Part shown: piece by piece, positions 18,630 through 28,625 of the stretch
Numbering within the stretch: the first letter of the stretch is position 1
How the letters are laid out: every line of letters starts with the position of its first letter
NCBI GenBank assembly: GCA_963674865.2
Contig: CAXXYE010000007.1
Location: 224,001-288,000, forward strand
From: Candidatus Hydrogenedentota bacterium
Lineage (GTDB): Bacteria; Hydrogenedentota; Hydrogenedentia; Hydrogenedentales; SLHB01
DNA: 64,000 nt
Direction of reading: 5' to 3'
Notes under the pieces: model-generated
Told to the model about the DNA's origin: nothing
What the model saw: the letters and a program-made list of their open reading frames with translations, nothing else
Databases searched by the model: none
Translations under genes and position numbers: made by a program

Positions 18630-20828
18630 GTGTTGCACATGGGGAGGAGAAGCGGGTGGTTCGGCGCGAGCCGGCCTTTCGTTGTCGTGGCCGGAACGAT
18701 ACTCGGAGTGGCTCTTATCCTGGCCGCCGCCTCATGCGGTTCGAAGGAGGAGCTCCCTCCCCAGAAAGAGCAAGTAAGTACCACACCGCCGACACCGGCT
18801 CCTGTTGGAGCTGCCGAGCCCCAGGATTCCGCCACACCGGAAGCCCAGCCACCGGAGGCCGTTGAACGGCTCGAAGCCGAGGTTACCGTCCCGGCGGAGC
18901 CTGAGCCGGCCCCCGCCGAACTCGCTGAAGAACCCAAGACGCAGGCCGATGAGGGCCTGTCCGAACCTTCTCCTGCGGCGCCGGCCGACGAAGAGGAGCC
19001 TTTACCGCCTATTCGAGAGCCGCAGCCCGCAATTGACGCTGGCACGGCCTCACCTGAGGAGGCGGCGCAGGACGAGCCAACATCGGCCTCTCCTAGCGAG
19101 GCGGAGGCGTCGGAAAGCGCTACTGGCGCCGCCGTGACGCGGGAGAAATCGTCGTCCGAAGCGCTGCCGGAGCCGCAGCTTCTGGCCAAGTCTGCCGGAC
19201 GGGATGAAACCACCCCGGTGTCCGGCCCCGCCGTGAAGCGGGAGTCCCCATCCGAGACGCTGGCGGAGTTGCAGCGCCGGGCCAAATCAATCAGCCGCGA
19301 CGAACACGCCGCGCTTCCTGCTCCCATAGCGCCCGAGGTGTCGGATAGCGTCGCTGCCGTGACGGAGGAGGAGCCGGCATCGGAAGGATTGCCGGAGCCG
19401 CAGGTTCTGGCAAAATCTGTCTCCCATGACAAACCCGCCCCACTGCCTGTTCGCGCTACGCCGGAGGCGGAGGGCGTCACAGCCGCCCGCCAGGCGATGG
19501 AAGCAGCAAAGGCATATGCGGACAGCCTCGATGCCGTGCTTTGGGCCGAGGAGAGTTACCAAGAAGGCCTGGATGCCGAGGCGTCGGCTAAAGAGCCGGC
19601 CTCCGACGAGGAAACCATCCTGGCACTGCAGGAAGGACAGGAGGCCTATCGTCAAGCTGCCGCCGCCGTCCATGCCCGGCTCAAGTCCATTGACGCGCTC
19701 AAAGCCCAGGCCGGAAAGGCGCGCGCCGAGGCGGCCTCGGCCGGAGGCGAGGGCCTTGCTCCGGAAGCCTTCCGGCAAGCGGAAACGCAATGGGACGCCG
19801 CGGAAGAAGCGCGCGGTGACCTCAAATCCGCGGAAGAGGCCTACCGCCTTGCCTCGTTGAGCTTCCGGAAGGCCATCGAGGTAGTTGAAGAGAAGCGCCG
19901 CGCCTCAGGTGAGAGCGAAGCGGCAAGGCTGGCCGCCAACAAGGCCCGCCTCGCCGTCGCCGACGATGTCCGCCGGCTGGCCCACGAGATGGTAGCGGCC
20001 GCCGACGACGCATGGCTCGCGGCCGAGGAAGTCAGAGAAGATTCCACTAAGGCCGTACCCCTGTACGACAAAGCCCGCGCGGGCTATGCGGAAGCTCTCC
20101 GACAGGCTACCCGGCAGCGACGGAAAGATGCCTGGGCCAAGCTGCGCGACGCGGGCATTACGGTCTCCGCGACGGGCGACGCGGCGTTCGCCACCATCGG
20201 CGAGGCCATCGCGCACGCCGGCGCCAACAGCGCCATTTTTATCAAGCCTGGCGTGTACAGAGAGCGCCTTGTCATTGATAAGCCCGTCGTGCTTGTCGGG
20301 GAGGGCGACGCGGGACAGGTGATCGTCGAAGTCTCCGGCCGCGACTGCCTTGTCATGCGCGCCCGGGAGGCCCTTGTGCACGGCCTGACGATCCGCGCGA
20401 CGACCGGGCCCGAAAACCAGATGGTTCACGCCGTTTACATCGTCAGTGGCATGCCGGTGTTCGAGTCTTGCGACATCAACTCGAATTCCTTGACCTGTGT
20501 CGCTGTGCGCGGCAAAGGAACCGACGCCGTATTCCGCGACTGCACCTTCCGCGGCAGTACGGAAGCGGGCATTATCGTCTACGATGAGGCCAGGAGCACC
20601 ATTGAGGACTGCACCATTGCCGACAACGACGATGCAGGCGTCCAGGTGAAGCCCAACTCGAGCGTGGTTGTCCGTCGATGCGCCATTAACCAGAACGGCC
20701 GCCAGGCCATCGAGGTGTATCCCGGAGCCGCCGCCACAGTCGAAGACTGCGACCTTACCAACAACGCCGCGGGCCCGTGGCGTGTAGCGGCCGCCGCACG
20801 CGTCGAGCGACGCGACAACAAGGAATAG
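18630..20828 (+). CDS. Lipoprotein with P/E/A-rich linker, helical region and C-terminal right-handed beta-helix (pectin lyase-like)
   Basis: Lipobox-like LAAASC; low-complexity spacer; FATIGEAI..A...IFIKPGVYRE and repeated beta-helix turns. Exact start uncertain. Confidence 0.82.
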   Translation: MLHMGRRSGWFGASRPFVVVAGTILGVALILAAASCGSKEELPPQKEQVSTTPPTPAPVGAAEPQDSATPEAQPPEAVERLEAEVTVPAEPEPAPAELAEEPKTQADEGLSEPSPAAPADEEEPLPPIREPQPAIDAGTASPEEAAQDEPTSASPSEAEASESATGAAVTREKSSSEALPEPQLLAKSAGRDETTPVSGPAVKRESPSETLAELQRRAKSISRDEHAALPAPIAPEVSDSVAAVTEEEPASEGLPEPQVLAKSVSHDKPAPLPVRATPEAEGVTAARQAMEAAKAYADSLDAVLWAEESYQEGLDAEASAKEPASDEETILALQEGQEAYRQAAAAVHARLKSIDALKAQAGKARAEAASAGGEGLAPEAFRQAETQWDAAEEARGDLKSAEEAYRLASLSFRKAIEVVEEKRRASGESEAARLAANKARLAVADDVRRLAHEMVAAADDAWLAAEEVREDSTKAVPLYDKARAGYAEALRQATRQRRKDAWAKLRDAGITVSATGDAAFATIGEAIAHAGANSAIFIKPGVYRERLVIDKPVVLVGEGDAGQVIVEVSGRDCLVMRAREALVHGLTIRATTGPENQMVHAVYIVSGMPVFESCDINSNSLTCVAVRGKGTDAVFRDCTFRGSTEAGIIVYDEARSTIEDCTIADNDDAGVQVKPNSSVVVRRCAINQNGRQAIEVYPGAAATVEDCDLTNNAAGPWRVAAAARVERRDNKE

Positions 20829-21124
20829 CCGGCTGCGGCTTGCGCAGCAAACGCGGTCGGCCGACGAGCGACCCCTCGCCCCAAGTGTCCAAGACAAATC
20901 GCTGTCCGGATCTCCGTAACCATCCGCCGGACTGAGTTCGGACCACTGCGCTCTACCGCAATCGCCGGATAATTCGACAGTGCCGCGTACTCGTCGCTTC
21001 TGACAGACTTTGTCTTCTGAGGCATACTCACCCATTAGCTCAAGCCGCTCGTCTTGCCGATGTCGTTGCCTCTAATGACCTGATGCGCGGCACAATCGGC
21101 AGTCCGGCCACCGGGGCTCTGCCC

Positions 21125-21153
21125 TTGATAGGCTCGGAAGTCCGCACTATAAT
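21125..21153 (+). promoter_or_regulatory. Sigma-70 promoter
   Basis: TTGATA-N17-TATAAT, 55 nt upstream of ATG 21209. Confidence 0.75.
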
Positions 21154-21208
21154 CACGTCGGGGAAAGTGGGGACGGGCTTGTCGTTCCGGAACTGACGAG
21201 GTGATGAA

Positions 21209-22912
21209 ATGCCCGAGGAAGCCAAGGTCGACGTTTTCAAGCCGCTGGAATCTCTTATTGACGAGGCAAGTCGCCAGGCGCAGGAGCGGCGGCAGGCCCT
21301 GGCCGCCAGGGCGCAGGAAGTGACGAGGACGCTCGAATCGCTGGCGGCGGATGCCGCCCAGGCGCTTCAGGCCCCCGATGCGGCCCTCAATGATCTGCGC
21401 AAGGAACTGCAAAACCTGCGGCGAAGATTCGCGGATAGTCTTGATACGGCCGAGAGCTTCCGGCAGCGCGCCATCAAACTCGAGCAGGATCTGTCCGAAC
21501 TCGGCGAAGCGGAGCAGCGTGCGAAGGCCCGGATTGCCGAACTGGAACAAACGCTTGGGGGCCGCAATGAAGCCGAGCAGGCCCTGAAGGAACAAAGCGC
21601 CCGTCTCGAAGGCGAGCTGGCGGAAGCGCGCAACGCCTTGCAGTCCGCCGCCGAACGCGCGTCCCAACTCGAAGACGAGCTGGCGCAGCGTACTCGAGCC
21701 GGTGAAGAGGCCCAGCCCCGGATCGAGGCCCTCGAACAAGAGGTCGCCGCCCGCGCCGAGGACCTTGAAAAGACGCGCAAGGAATTCGAGGAAGTCAATG
21801 CTGCCCTTGCCGAACGTCAGGACATGGCCCAGAAGCGCAAGGCCCGCATCGCCAAACTGGAGAACCAGCTTGCCGAAACCCAGGAAGCGGGCAGAAAGTT
21901 GCAGGAGCAAACGGCCGCCCTCGAACAGGAGGCGGCGCAGCAGCGGGGAAACGCTGATAGTCTCCAGGCGCAACTGGCCGAACGTGATGGCGCCGAGGCC
22001 CGACTCCGCGAGGATGTCAAGGCCCTTCAAGAGCTGCAGGCCCAAGCTTCCGCATCACAAGAGCGCCTCGCGAGTGAATGCGACGCGAAGGTGGCCGAAG
22101 CCGAGCGCATGCTCGATGCTGAACGCAGGCGCGCCGATCTCGCCGAGGCCCATCTTACGGAGGAAACGGCCAACGGCACGAAGTCGGCCTTGGCACGCCA
22201 ATTGGCTGAGGCCCTTGAAGACAAGGAGAAGACCTATAAGGAGCTGCTAACGCTCCGTGGGGAGGTTGAAGAACTGCGCAGGGCCCCGGCATCGACGCCG
22301 CCCGAGGCCGGGCCACCGGTTGTATCCGAATCCCCTGCAGAAGAAGCTCAGCCCGAGCCGGAACCGGCCTTGTCCGACGAGCCGCCCGAACCGGCCGCGC
22401 CTGCCGTCGAGACGCCTGCACCTCCGGAGCCGCCCGCTGAAGTCGTGAAGCCGCCGAAGAAGCCCCGCGCCAGAAAGCGCGCACAAGACCAAATCGGCGA
22501 TATCCTGGTGCAGATGGGCGCCGTGACCTCCGAGCAACTCCAATCTGGCCTCGATGAGCAGGAAGCCGCTCCGCAGAAACGCTTGGGCGACATTCTTGTC
22601 GAGAAGGGCTTCACCACGGAAGAGGCCGTTGGAGGGGCGTTGGCCAAGCAGCGGAAGACGGACTTCATCCATCTGGATAAACGAACGGTGGACCCCGAAG
22701 CGGCAGCCTCCATTACGGGCCGCCTCGCCGCTCAACATGCTTGTGTGCCGGTGGCCATCCGCGATGAGACCCTCATCCTGGCCATGGCCAATCCGCTCGA
22801 CCTGATTGCCATTGAGGATGTCGAGCGCGCTACCGGCCGGGGCGTTCAGGTTGTTGTCGCGACTCCCACGGACGTCCGCGAGACCATTAGCCGGATCTAT
22901 GAGAGCGCTTAG
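21209..22912 (+). CDS. Coiled-coil protein with C-terminal MshEN (T2SSE_N) domain, no ATPase
   Basis: About 350 aa of heptad coiled coil, a Pro-rich linker, then QIGDILVQMG...LDEQ and RLGDILVEKG...ALAKQ followed by LAMANPLDLIAIEDV. GAGGTG RBS. Confidence 0.88.
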   Translation: MPEEAKVDVFKPLESLIDEASRQAQERRQALAARAQEVTRTLESLAADAAQALQAPDAALNDLRKELQNLRRRFADSLDTAESFRQRAIKLEQDLSELGEAEQRAKARIAELEQTLGGRNEAEQALKEQSARLEGELAEARNALQSAAERASQLEDELAQRTRAGEEAQPRIEALEQEVAARAEDLEKTRKEFEEVNAALAERQDMAQKRKARIAKLENQLAETQEAGRKLQEQTAALEQEAAQQRGNADSLQAQLAERDGAEARLREDVKALQELQAQASASQERLASECDAKVAEAERMLDAERRRADLAEAHLTEETANGTKSALARQLAEALEDKEKTYKELLTLRGEVEELRRAPASTPPEAGPPVVSESPAEEAQPEPEPALSDEPPEPAAPAVETPAPPEPPAEVVKPPKKPRARKRAQDQIGDILVQMGAVTSEQLQSGLDEQEAAPQKRLGDILVEKGFTTEEAVGGALAKQRKTDFIHLDKRTVDPEAAASITGRLAAQHACVPVAIRDETLILAMANPLDLIAIEDVERATGRGVQVVVATPTDVRETISRIYESA

Positions 22913-22937
22913 TCCACGGCGCTGAGGGCGCCCGATA

Positions 22938-24035
22938 CTACAGGGCGCACTCCCACAAGTAGCTCGCCCGCTCGGGGTGGTCAGTCTCACCGACATAAGC
23001 CAAGCCATCGGGCGCCAGGGCGAGATCGTGCGGCATGAAACACGGGACGCCCGTATCCTTGTCGACGATGTGCCCCAGGTCGTTGAACAGTCCTGAAGTA
23101 CGGTCGTACGTGAGAATGTGTACGTCGTACTCGCCCCCGGCAGCCATGTAGATAAGCCCATCCTCGCCGCAGACGAGTGCGGGTATCCGCCATTTCGGAA
23201 GCGGCTTTCCGAGAAACGTCACCTGCGGGGAGTCGGGATCCGAGGGGTCGAGTCGCACGAGCGCCCCTTGCGTGGTGCCGATGTACATATAGCCGTCGCC
23301 GCCGTTCACGATGCCGTCAAGCGCGCCCGCGTCCGTCCGCTCCAAGCCGGGTAGTTTGACGCGCGAGAAATGGAGCCGGTCGGCGTCCAGGTCGTAGGCC
23401 AGCAGGAAGTCCTCCTTGCGCGCTTTGCCCCATGTGCCCCACACCCGCCCGTGATCATCCTGGCCCAGCCGGTGGGGCATGCTGCCGATGTAATGCTCGC
23501 GGACCGTCCTGCCTTCCTCGAGGTCATAGCAGAAGAACTTCGACACCGGATGAGTTCCCCCGCAGATCTTCCGCCGCTCCGTGTCCAAGGTGATATTCTG
23601 TATATAGTCCCATGCCACGGGGATGCCGAGTTTTGTGATCGCATCCGTCTTCGGATCGAACACGAACAACGAGCCGCCCGGCGCATCCGCCCGATCATCC
23701 GGGCGGTGTTGCCCTGCCGTTGCCCCATAGATTGTCCCGTCCGTATCGATCTCAAGGGAACGATGGATCTTCACCTCAAACCGCTCGGCCTGCTCGGCGT
23801 AGTTGAGACAAATGAACTTCCGTGCCTTGCGGTCGAACCGGTAGAGCAGGTCGTTGTCGAACGCCGTGGTGCCCAGATACAGGTAATCGTCCGCATGGTA
23901 GCGCACCGTGGTAAACGCCCCGAGTCCGTGGGCGTAACCCGGATCCCCCTGCAACTGCCGGAAGCTCATGCCCGCCCAGTGTCTTAGTGTCAGTGCTTCA
24001 GGCAGGTCGCGAAGTATGTGCGCCTTGCACTCCAT
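22938..24035 (-). CDS. Hypothetical beta-propeller protein
   Basis: Repeated D.DG.IYG / GDGYMYIGT / EDGLIYMA blades; AAGGAGG RBS. Confidence 0.75.
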   Translation of the reverse strand: MECKAHILRDLPEALTLRHWAGMSFRQLQGDPGYAHGLGAFTTVRYHADDYLYLGTTAFDNDLLYRFDRKARKFICLNYAEQAERFEVKIHRSLEIDTDGTIYGATAGQHRPDDRADAPGGSLFVFDPKTDAITKLGIPVAWDYIQNITLDTERRKICGGTHPVSKFFCYDLEEGRTVREHYIGSMPHRLGQDDHGRVWGTWGKARKEDFLLAYDLDADRLHFSRVKLPGLERTDAGALDGIVNGGDGYMYIGTTQGALVRLDPSDPDSPQVTFLGKPLPKWRIPALVCGEDGLIYMAAGGEYDVHILTYDRTSGLFNDLGHIVDKDTGVPCFMPHDLALAPDGLAYVGETDHPERASYLWECAL

Positions 24036-24376
24036 GAGATTCCCCTCCTTGTCTCGAAGCTACCCCGGTGGCTGCCGGGCCTCCGGCAGAAGATGAAGCG
24101 CAGTATACCCTTTGTATCGTGGCTATGCACTGTGCTCTGGAACATGCGTAGCCCAGAGTTCATCAGATCCCGCGCATCCCGGCCGCCAAAGGACGCGCTC
24201 CGTCCGCTCTGAGATCTCAAATCTGAGATCCTCCCTGTCCACACCGCACCCGAGTGGGACCCACGCCGCCAGGTACCAGCTGGACCTTGGGAGTCGGTTC
24301 CGCGGGACATATCAAGCCAAGGGCTCTCCGTTACCGTGTTCCGTGCCCTTCCGCTGGCTTCCGGCTTCCCTCGGCT

Positions 24377-25855
24377 TCACTGACCTCGCCTCGGATCCAG
24401 AAGAAGATCCCCAATGTCCCCGTCGTAGCCGCAGGCGGAAAGCAGGGCCAAATGCGGCGCGAACTCGCCCACCTCATAGAGATTGTGCGCGTCACTGCCG
24501 AATGTGAGCGGGACGTCCGCCTCAATGCAGCGCCGGAAGAACGCCGCTGGCGGCTCGTTGGTGTGAAAATTCACCTCCGCGGCCACCCGATGCTCCCGCA
24601 GCAACTTCACTGTTGGCTCGAAAAGCGCCTCCGGCGTCTCGACCCCCGCACGGCGGAACACGCGAAACGGATGCGCCAGCACGCGAATCCCGCTTTTCAG
24701 AAAGCGCTCCAAAGTGCCCAGGAACTCCTCGGATGCCTTTGGCAACGAGGGCGATGGCCCCTGAAGCGAACGCAGCCGATGCATCGCCCCGATGAGGTAG
24801 CTGAATTGGCCCTTATCTTCACGCAGGAGCACCGGACGGCCTTCAAAGTCGCAGTCTACTTCCGTCGCCACATTCTCCGGCGGACAACCGGCCGCCTCGG
24901 CCGCGTCGAGGTAGGCCTCGATACGCCGCTGCCTGCCCTGCGCCCACGCGATTCCCTCGTTGAGAAACGCCCCTTCCCAGTACGTCGCCTTGTCGAAGTA
25001 GAGATGGCCTGTGTGCTCGGCGAACACCAGCCCGGCAAGCCCGAACTCCTCGCCCAGTCTCATGGCCTTGGCGATATCCATGTTCTCATTGCAGTACGCG
25101 AAAGGCGTGTGCACGTGCGTATCAACCAGTTCCAGTTCATCAGGCATGCGCAGCGCGTGTTCCCGCACCGAAATGCCCGTTTCGCCCAAATCGATTTCGA
25201 GAAACCGGAACGGCGCTTCACACACAGCGGGTGCGACGAGAAAGGCTACGCCCTCCTGTTCAATCAGCCCTACCCCGCGATGATGATGGCCGCTGAGCGC
25301 CAGCCTGATCCCCCGCTGCCGCATCGCCGCGACCACTTCCTCCGCGTTCACGTAGTTGACCGGGCAATCCGACGTCCCCGGAGGAAATACGGGGCAATGC
25401 TGCACGGCGACGATAGGGCCGTCGAAACCGGCCCGTGCGGCCGCCATGCGCTCGAGATCCGCCGGCGTGCGCCGCGCGTTGTAGTCCGGCTCCTCCGGAT
25501 CCAAAAAGGCCACGAAGCGGCACCCCTTGACGTCTGTCACCTCGGGAGGGCGCTCGAACGCTTTGTAGAACGCATCGATCGAGCCATCGTGGTTCCCCGG
25601 GATGGCGATCACCGGCCCTTCGATCTTGTCCGCGATATCCCGCAGTGAAGCCAGGTCCTCGGCGGCTCCGGGGGCCTCGCCGCAATCCACCAGATCGCCC
25701 ACGAGCAGCGTGATATCCGGCCGGATGAGCCGGTTGAGGCGGTGTGCCGCCCTTAGCAAGATGACATCCGCGATATCGCGCCGGCGAGCCCCTCCCGCCG
25801 GATCCCCATTGTTGTCATAATGCACATCGGCAACGACGGCGATCTTCACATGCAT
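24377..25855 (-). CDS. Calcineurin-like metallophosphoesterase fused to a PHP domain
   Basis: DVH, GDLVD, GNHD and GHHH motifs, then DTHVHT, EH, AHP and GSDAH. Start re-called at ATG 25855 (GAGG RBS). Confidence 0.88.
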   Translation of the reverse strand: MHVKIAVVADVHYDNNGDPAGGARRRDIADVILLRAAHRLNRLIRPDITLLVGDLVDCGEAPGAAEDLASLRDIADKIEGPVIAIPGNHDGSIDAFYKAFERPPEVTDVKGCRFVAFLDPEEPDYNARRTPADLERMAAARAGFDGPIVAVQHCPVFPPGTSDCPVNYVNAEEVVAAMRQRGIRLALSGHHHRGVGLIEQEGVAFLVAPAVCEAPFRFLEIDLGETGISVREHALRMPDELELVDTHVHTPFAYCNENMDIAKAMRLGEEFGLAGLVFAEHTGHLYFDKATYWEGAFLNEGIAWAQGRQRRIEAYLDAAEAAGCPPENVATEVDCDFEGRPVLLREDKGQFSYLIGAMHRLRSLQGPSPSLPKASEEFLGTLERFLKSGIRVLAHPFRVFRRAGVETPEALFEPTVKLLREHRVAAEVNFHTNEPPAAFFRRCIEADVPLTFGSDAHNLYEVGEFAPHLALLSACGYDGDIGDLLLDPRRGQ

Positions 25856-25892
25856 AGAATGTACATCCTCTATGGCTCTCGGATTTTGTACT

Positions 25893-25981
25893 GGCCACGC
25901 GGAGTCAGTTACCGAACTCCAGCGAAATGTCGCTGTCCAAGCCACCGATACGTGGCCGTTGACGCTGGAGTTTCTTGATTC
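25893..25981 (+). ncRNA. Candidate structured leader/sRNA (unassigned)
   Basis: Several stems (25915-24/25963-72, 25893-99/25951-57, 25920-25/25930-35, 25941-45/25952-56) directly before an intrinsic terminator that has no upstream + strand gene. Confidence 0.45.
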
Positions 25982-25982
25982 A

Positions 25983-26019
25983 GCCCTGCACCGACTAAGT
26001 CGGTGCAGGGCCTTTTTTT
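25983..26019 (+). terminator. Rho-independent terminator
   Basis: gccctgcaccgac-taa-gtcggtgcagggc (13-bp perfect stem) followed by cTTTTTTT. Confidence 0.85.
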
Positions 26020-26194
26020 GTCCCTGAGGTGTCCGAACGTTCAGGCGCACTAACTCCCTCTAAAACCGTACAAGACGCTACCTGCTTGATCCAGAAACTT
26101 GCGAGCAGGGGACGACTGGCATTGCGCCATTGGCCTCGAATCAACATTTCGGGTAGTATAGCGCATCAAGTAACCGCCACAAGGATGAACTCCG

Positions 26195-26398
26195 ATGGAA
26201 GGCCAAGACATTCCGGTGCTTGTGAAGTGTCTGCGGAGTGGCATGGGCTTGACCCAGGAAGGACTTGCACGGCAACTGGGTGTGTCGTTTGGCACGCTCG
26301 ATCAGTCGGGAAACGGCCACTGTCGCCCTCCGCCCTTCCTGCTGAGACAATTGAAGGATTTGGAGCTATCGTTGGGCAACGACAAGGGGCGACGGTAG
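26195..26398 (+). CDS. XRE-family HTH regulator (possibly degenerate), candidate controller protein
   Basis: LRSGMGLTQEGLARQLGVSFGT. The usual VNRWENG reads LDQSGNG here. Confidence 0.7.
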   Translation: MEGQDIPVLVKCLRSGMGLTQEGLARQLGVSFGTLDQSGNGHCRPPPFLLRQLKDLELSLGNDKGRR

Positions 26399-26570
26399 CC
26401 AGCGTTCCTTGCCGACGACCAAACCGCATCCGAGATGATCAGACGGAGTCTATATGCGTCCGTAGCGCGTCATATCGAAGGTCCAGACGTGCACCCGGGC
26501 GATCCAAGGATGAGCCTGATATTCCTGGCCCGTTGGTTGAATACATGGCGCATTAGGAGAAGATGTAGGC

Positions 26571-28625
26571 ATGACACGAGGACCTAGGCGAACGAGGAGC
26601 CCAAAACGCGAATACAGGATGACTGTCGCGGGCCAACTTTTCAAGCACCTTGGCCTTCAGATGTATTCCGGCGCAGTTCCCGCCATCGCCGAACTCATAT
26701 CGAACGCGTACGACGCCATGGCCAAGAACGTATGGATCACAGTACCAACGGGCCGCCCCATTCAGCCAACCGACGAGATCATTGTTAAAGACGATGGGTG
26801 TGGCATGAGTTATGAGGAGTGCAATTCGCTATACCTGTTCGTCGGCCGAGATCGCCGTTCAAACGCAAGTGAGTGGACACAGGCATACAACGGTCTTCAG
26901 CCCCGGAAGGTCCAAGGCCGCAAGGGTATTGGCAAACTTGCTGGATTCGGCATTGCAGATCGCATCAAGATCCGTACAGTAAAGGACAAGGAAATCTCCC
27001 ACTTTGGATTGGATTTCTCTGCGCTCACCAAGAGTTCCGAATTCGCAGACACGAAAGGATACAAACCAGAGATCCTGGACGAAGATGGGGGGAAATCCAC
27101 GCGAGCAAGACCAGGAACCACTGTAACGCTCTCTCAGCTTAAGATTAGCCGCGCGGTAGACGAGAATCAGTTCAAGACCAGCCTAGCGAGAAGGCTTCTG
27201 GTTTTGGACGACAACTTCACGGTGCACGTTAACGGATCCGCAATCACCCGACAAGAGATTCCATTTCAATTTCGATTTCCCAAGAAGCCTGGAAGCTGGG
27301 ACACGGCTGAACTCGGCAATGGACAACAGATTCAGTGGTGGGCCGGTTTCTGCAAAGACACAATACCGGACGAAGAACAGCGCGGCTTCGTTGTCTATGT
27401 ACGGGGGAAGTTGGCTCAGACTCCATGGTTTTTCGATCTGAGTGGTGGCGTCTGGGGCCAGCACGGCATGCAGTATCTCACGGGTGAAGTCAAAGCGGAC
27501 TTCCTCGACGAAAGCGTCGATCTCGTCGCCACTGACCGGGGTACAATTCGGTGGGAAGACCCAATCGCGCTACCGTTAAGGGATTGGGGGCGCAAGAAGA
27601 TTAAGGAGTTGCTTGAGACATGGACGGACAAGAGACGCGAGGCAAAGGCCAAGAGTACGAAGATCGTCGAATTCCTTAAACAGGCGGAAACTCTGCCAGA
27701 GCGAGAACGTAAGATCTTCAAGTCGGTCGTTGATCGCATATGTGCGATTCCACAGATTGATAAGGACCAGGAAGGTAAAGACATAGCGGACGAGCTTGTT
27801 GAGTTCGCATACAACGCACTGACAAATAGAAGCTTCCTTGACGCAATCCGTAGGCTTAACGCCGCATCCACAGAGGATGTCGCACATCTTTCTGAAGTCC
27901 TCTCTGAGTGGGACATCATCGAAGCTGTGAATACGGCCCATCTCGTTAAGGGCCGAGTGGAAATTATCCGCAAATTCAATCAGATGATAGACGACAAGGT
28001 TCCAGAAAAACCGGACATGCAGGACTATCTGCGAGATCACCCGTGGCTCATTGACCCGAAGTGGACAACTCTTGTTCACGAGCAATCTCTTGACAAACTT
28101 ATTGTGACGCAATTCGGGCTCTCCCGATCGAAAACTAAGGATGGTTCCCGTCGGTTGGATTTCTTCTGCCTCGGCGACAAATACAAGACTGTCCACGTTG
28201 TCGAGACCAAGCGGCCAGGAGATTTGGTCGGAAGGGAGGAATTTGATCAGCTTCGTGACTACGTCTTGTTTCTCCGTCAGAAGCTTCAGGACGAAGTCAC
28301 CGACGAAGAGCATAAGAGAACCACTGTGCGCGGATTATTGATAGCTGACCGTGTACGCCCAAACGACCAGACCCATGCCAAAACTCATCAAGCCTCGGGC
28401 GTCTTCGATATTCGTGCGTGGGGCAACCTGTTATTGGCCGCTGAGACGCTGCACCAAGAGTTCCTGGATATCGTGAAGGGCCGTGCGCCTGCCGACGATC
28501 CGAGAATGAAGACGCTATCGCAAGCTGAGTCAGCAGCAGACTCGTCACGTAGTCGAGCGAAGCGCCAAGCGAGGAAGAAGCCCGCCTCGACCGTGAAAAG
28601 AAAACCGAAGAGAAGAAAGAAGTGA
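26571..28625 (+). CDS. GHKL (HATPase_c/MORC-like) ATPase fused to a PD-(D/E)xK nuclease-like domain
   Basis: [24 protein letters not shown] and GTTVTL; C-terminal [26 protein letters not shown] and QLRDY; very basic tail. Confidence 0.88.
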   Translation: MTRGPRRTRSPKREYRMTVAGQLFKHLGLQMYSGAVPAIAELISNAYDAMAKNVWITVPTGRPIQPTDEIIVKDDGCGMSYEECNSLYLFVGRDRRSNASEWTQAYNGLQPRKVQGRKGIGKLAGFGIADRIKIRTVKDKEISHFGLDFSALTKSSEFADTKGYKPEILDEDGGKSTRARPGTTVTLSQLKISRAVDENQFKTSLARRLLVLDDNFTVHVNGSAITRQEIPFQFRFPKKPGSWDTAELGNGQQIQWWAGFCKDTIPDEEQRGFVVYVRGKLAQTPWFFDLSGGVWGQHGMQYLTGEVKADFLDESVDLVATDRGTIRWEDPIALPLRDWGRKKIKELLETWTDKRREAKAKSTKIVEFLKQAETLPERERKIFKSVVDRICAIPQIDKDQEGKDIADELVEFAYNALTNRSFLDAIRRLNAASTEDVAHLSEVLSEWDIIEAVNTAHLVKGRVEIIRKFNQMIDDKVPEKPDMQDYLRDHPWLIDPKWTTLVHEQSLDKLIVTQFGLSRSKTKDGSRRLDFFCLGDKYKTVHVVETKRPGDLVGREEFDQLRDYVLFLRQKLQDEVTDEEHKRTTVRGLLIADRVRPNDQTHAKTHQASGVFDIRAWGNLLLAAETLHQEFLDIVKGRAPADDPRMKTLSQAESAADSSRSRAKRQARKKPASTVKRKPKRRKK

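Noticed and set aside
24209..24231. tctgaga/tctcaaa heptamer repeat as a regulatory site
   Set aside because: Three short units at a single locus; too little to support a call.
25893..26019. Known riboswitch, SRP, 6S, tmRNA or tRNA att site
   Set aside because: No signature motifs recognised on either strand. GCTGAATC on the minus strand is not followed by the rest of the ydaO consensus. Kept only as an unassigned candidate.
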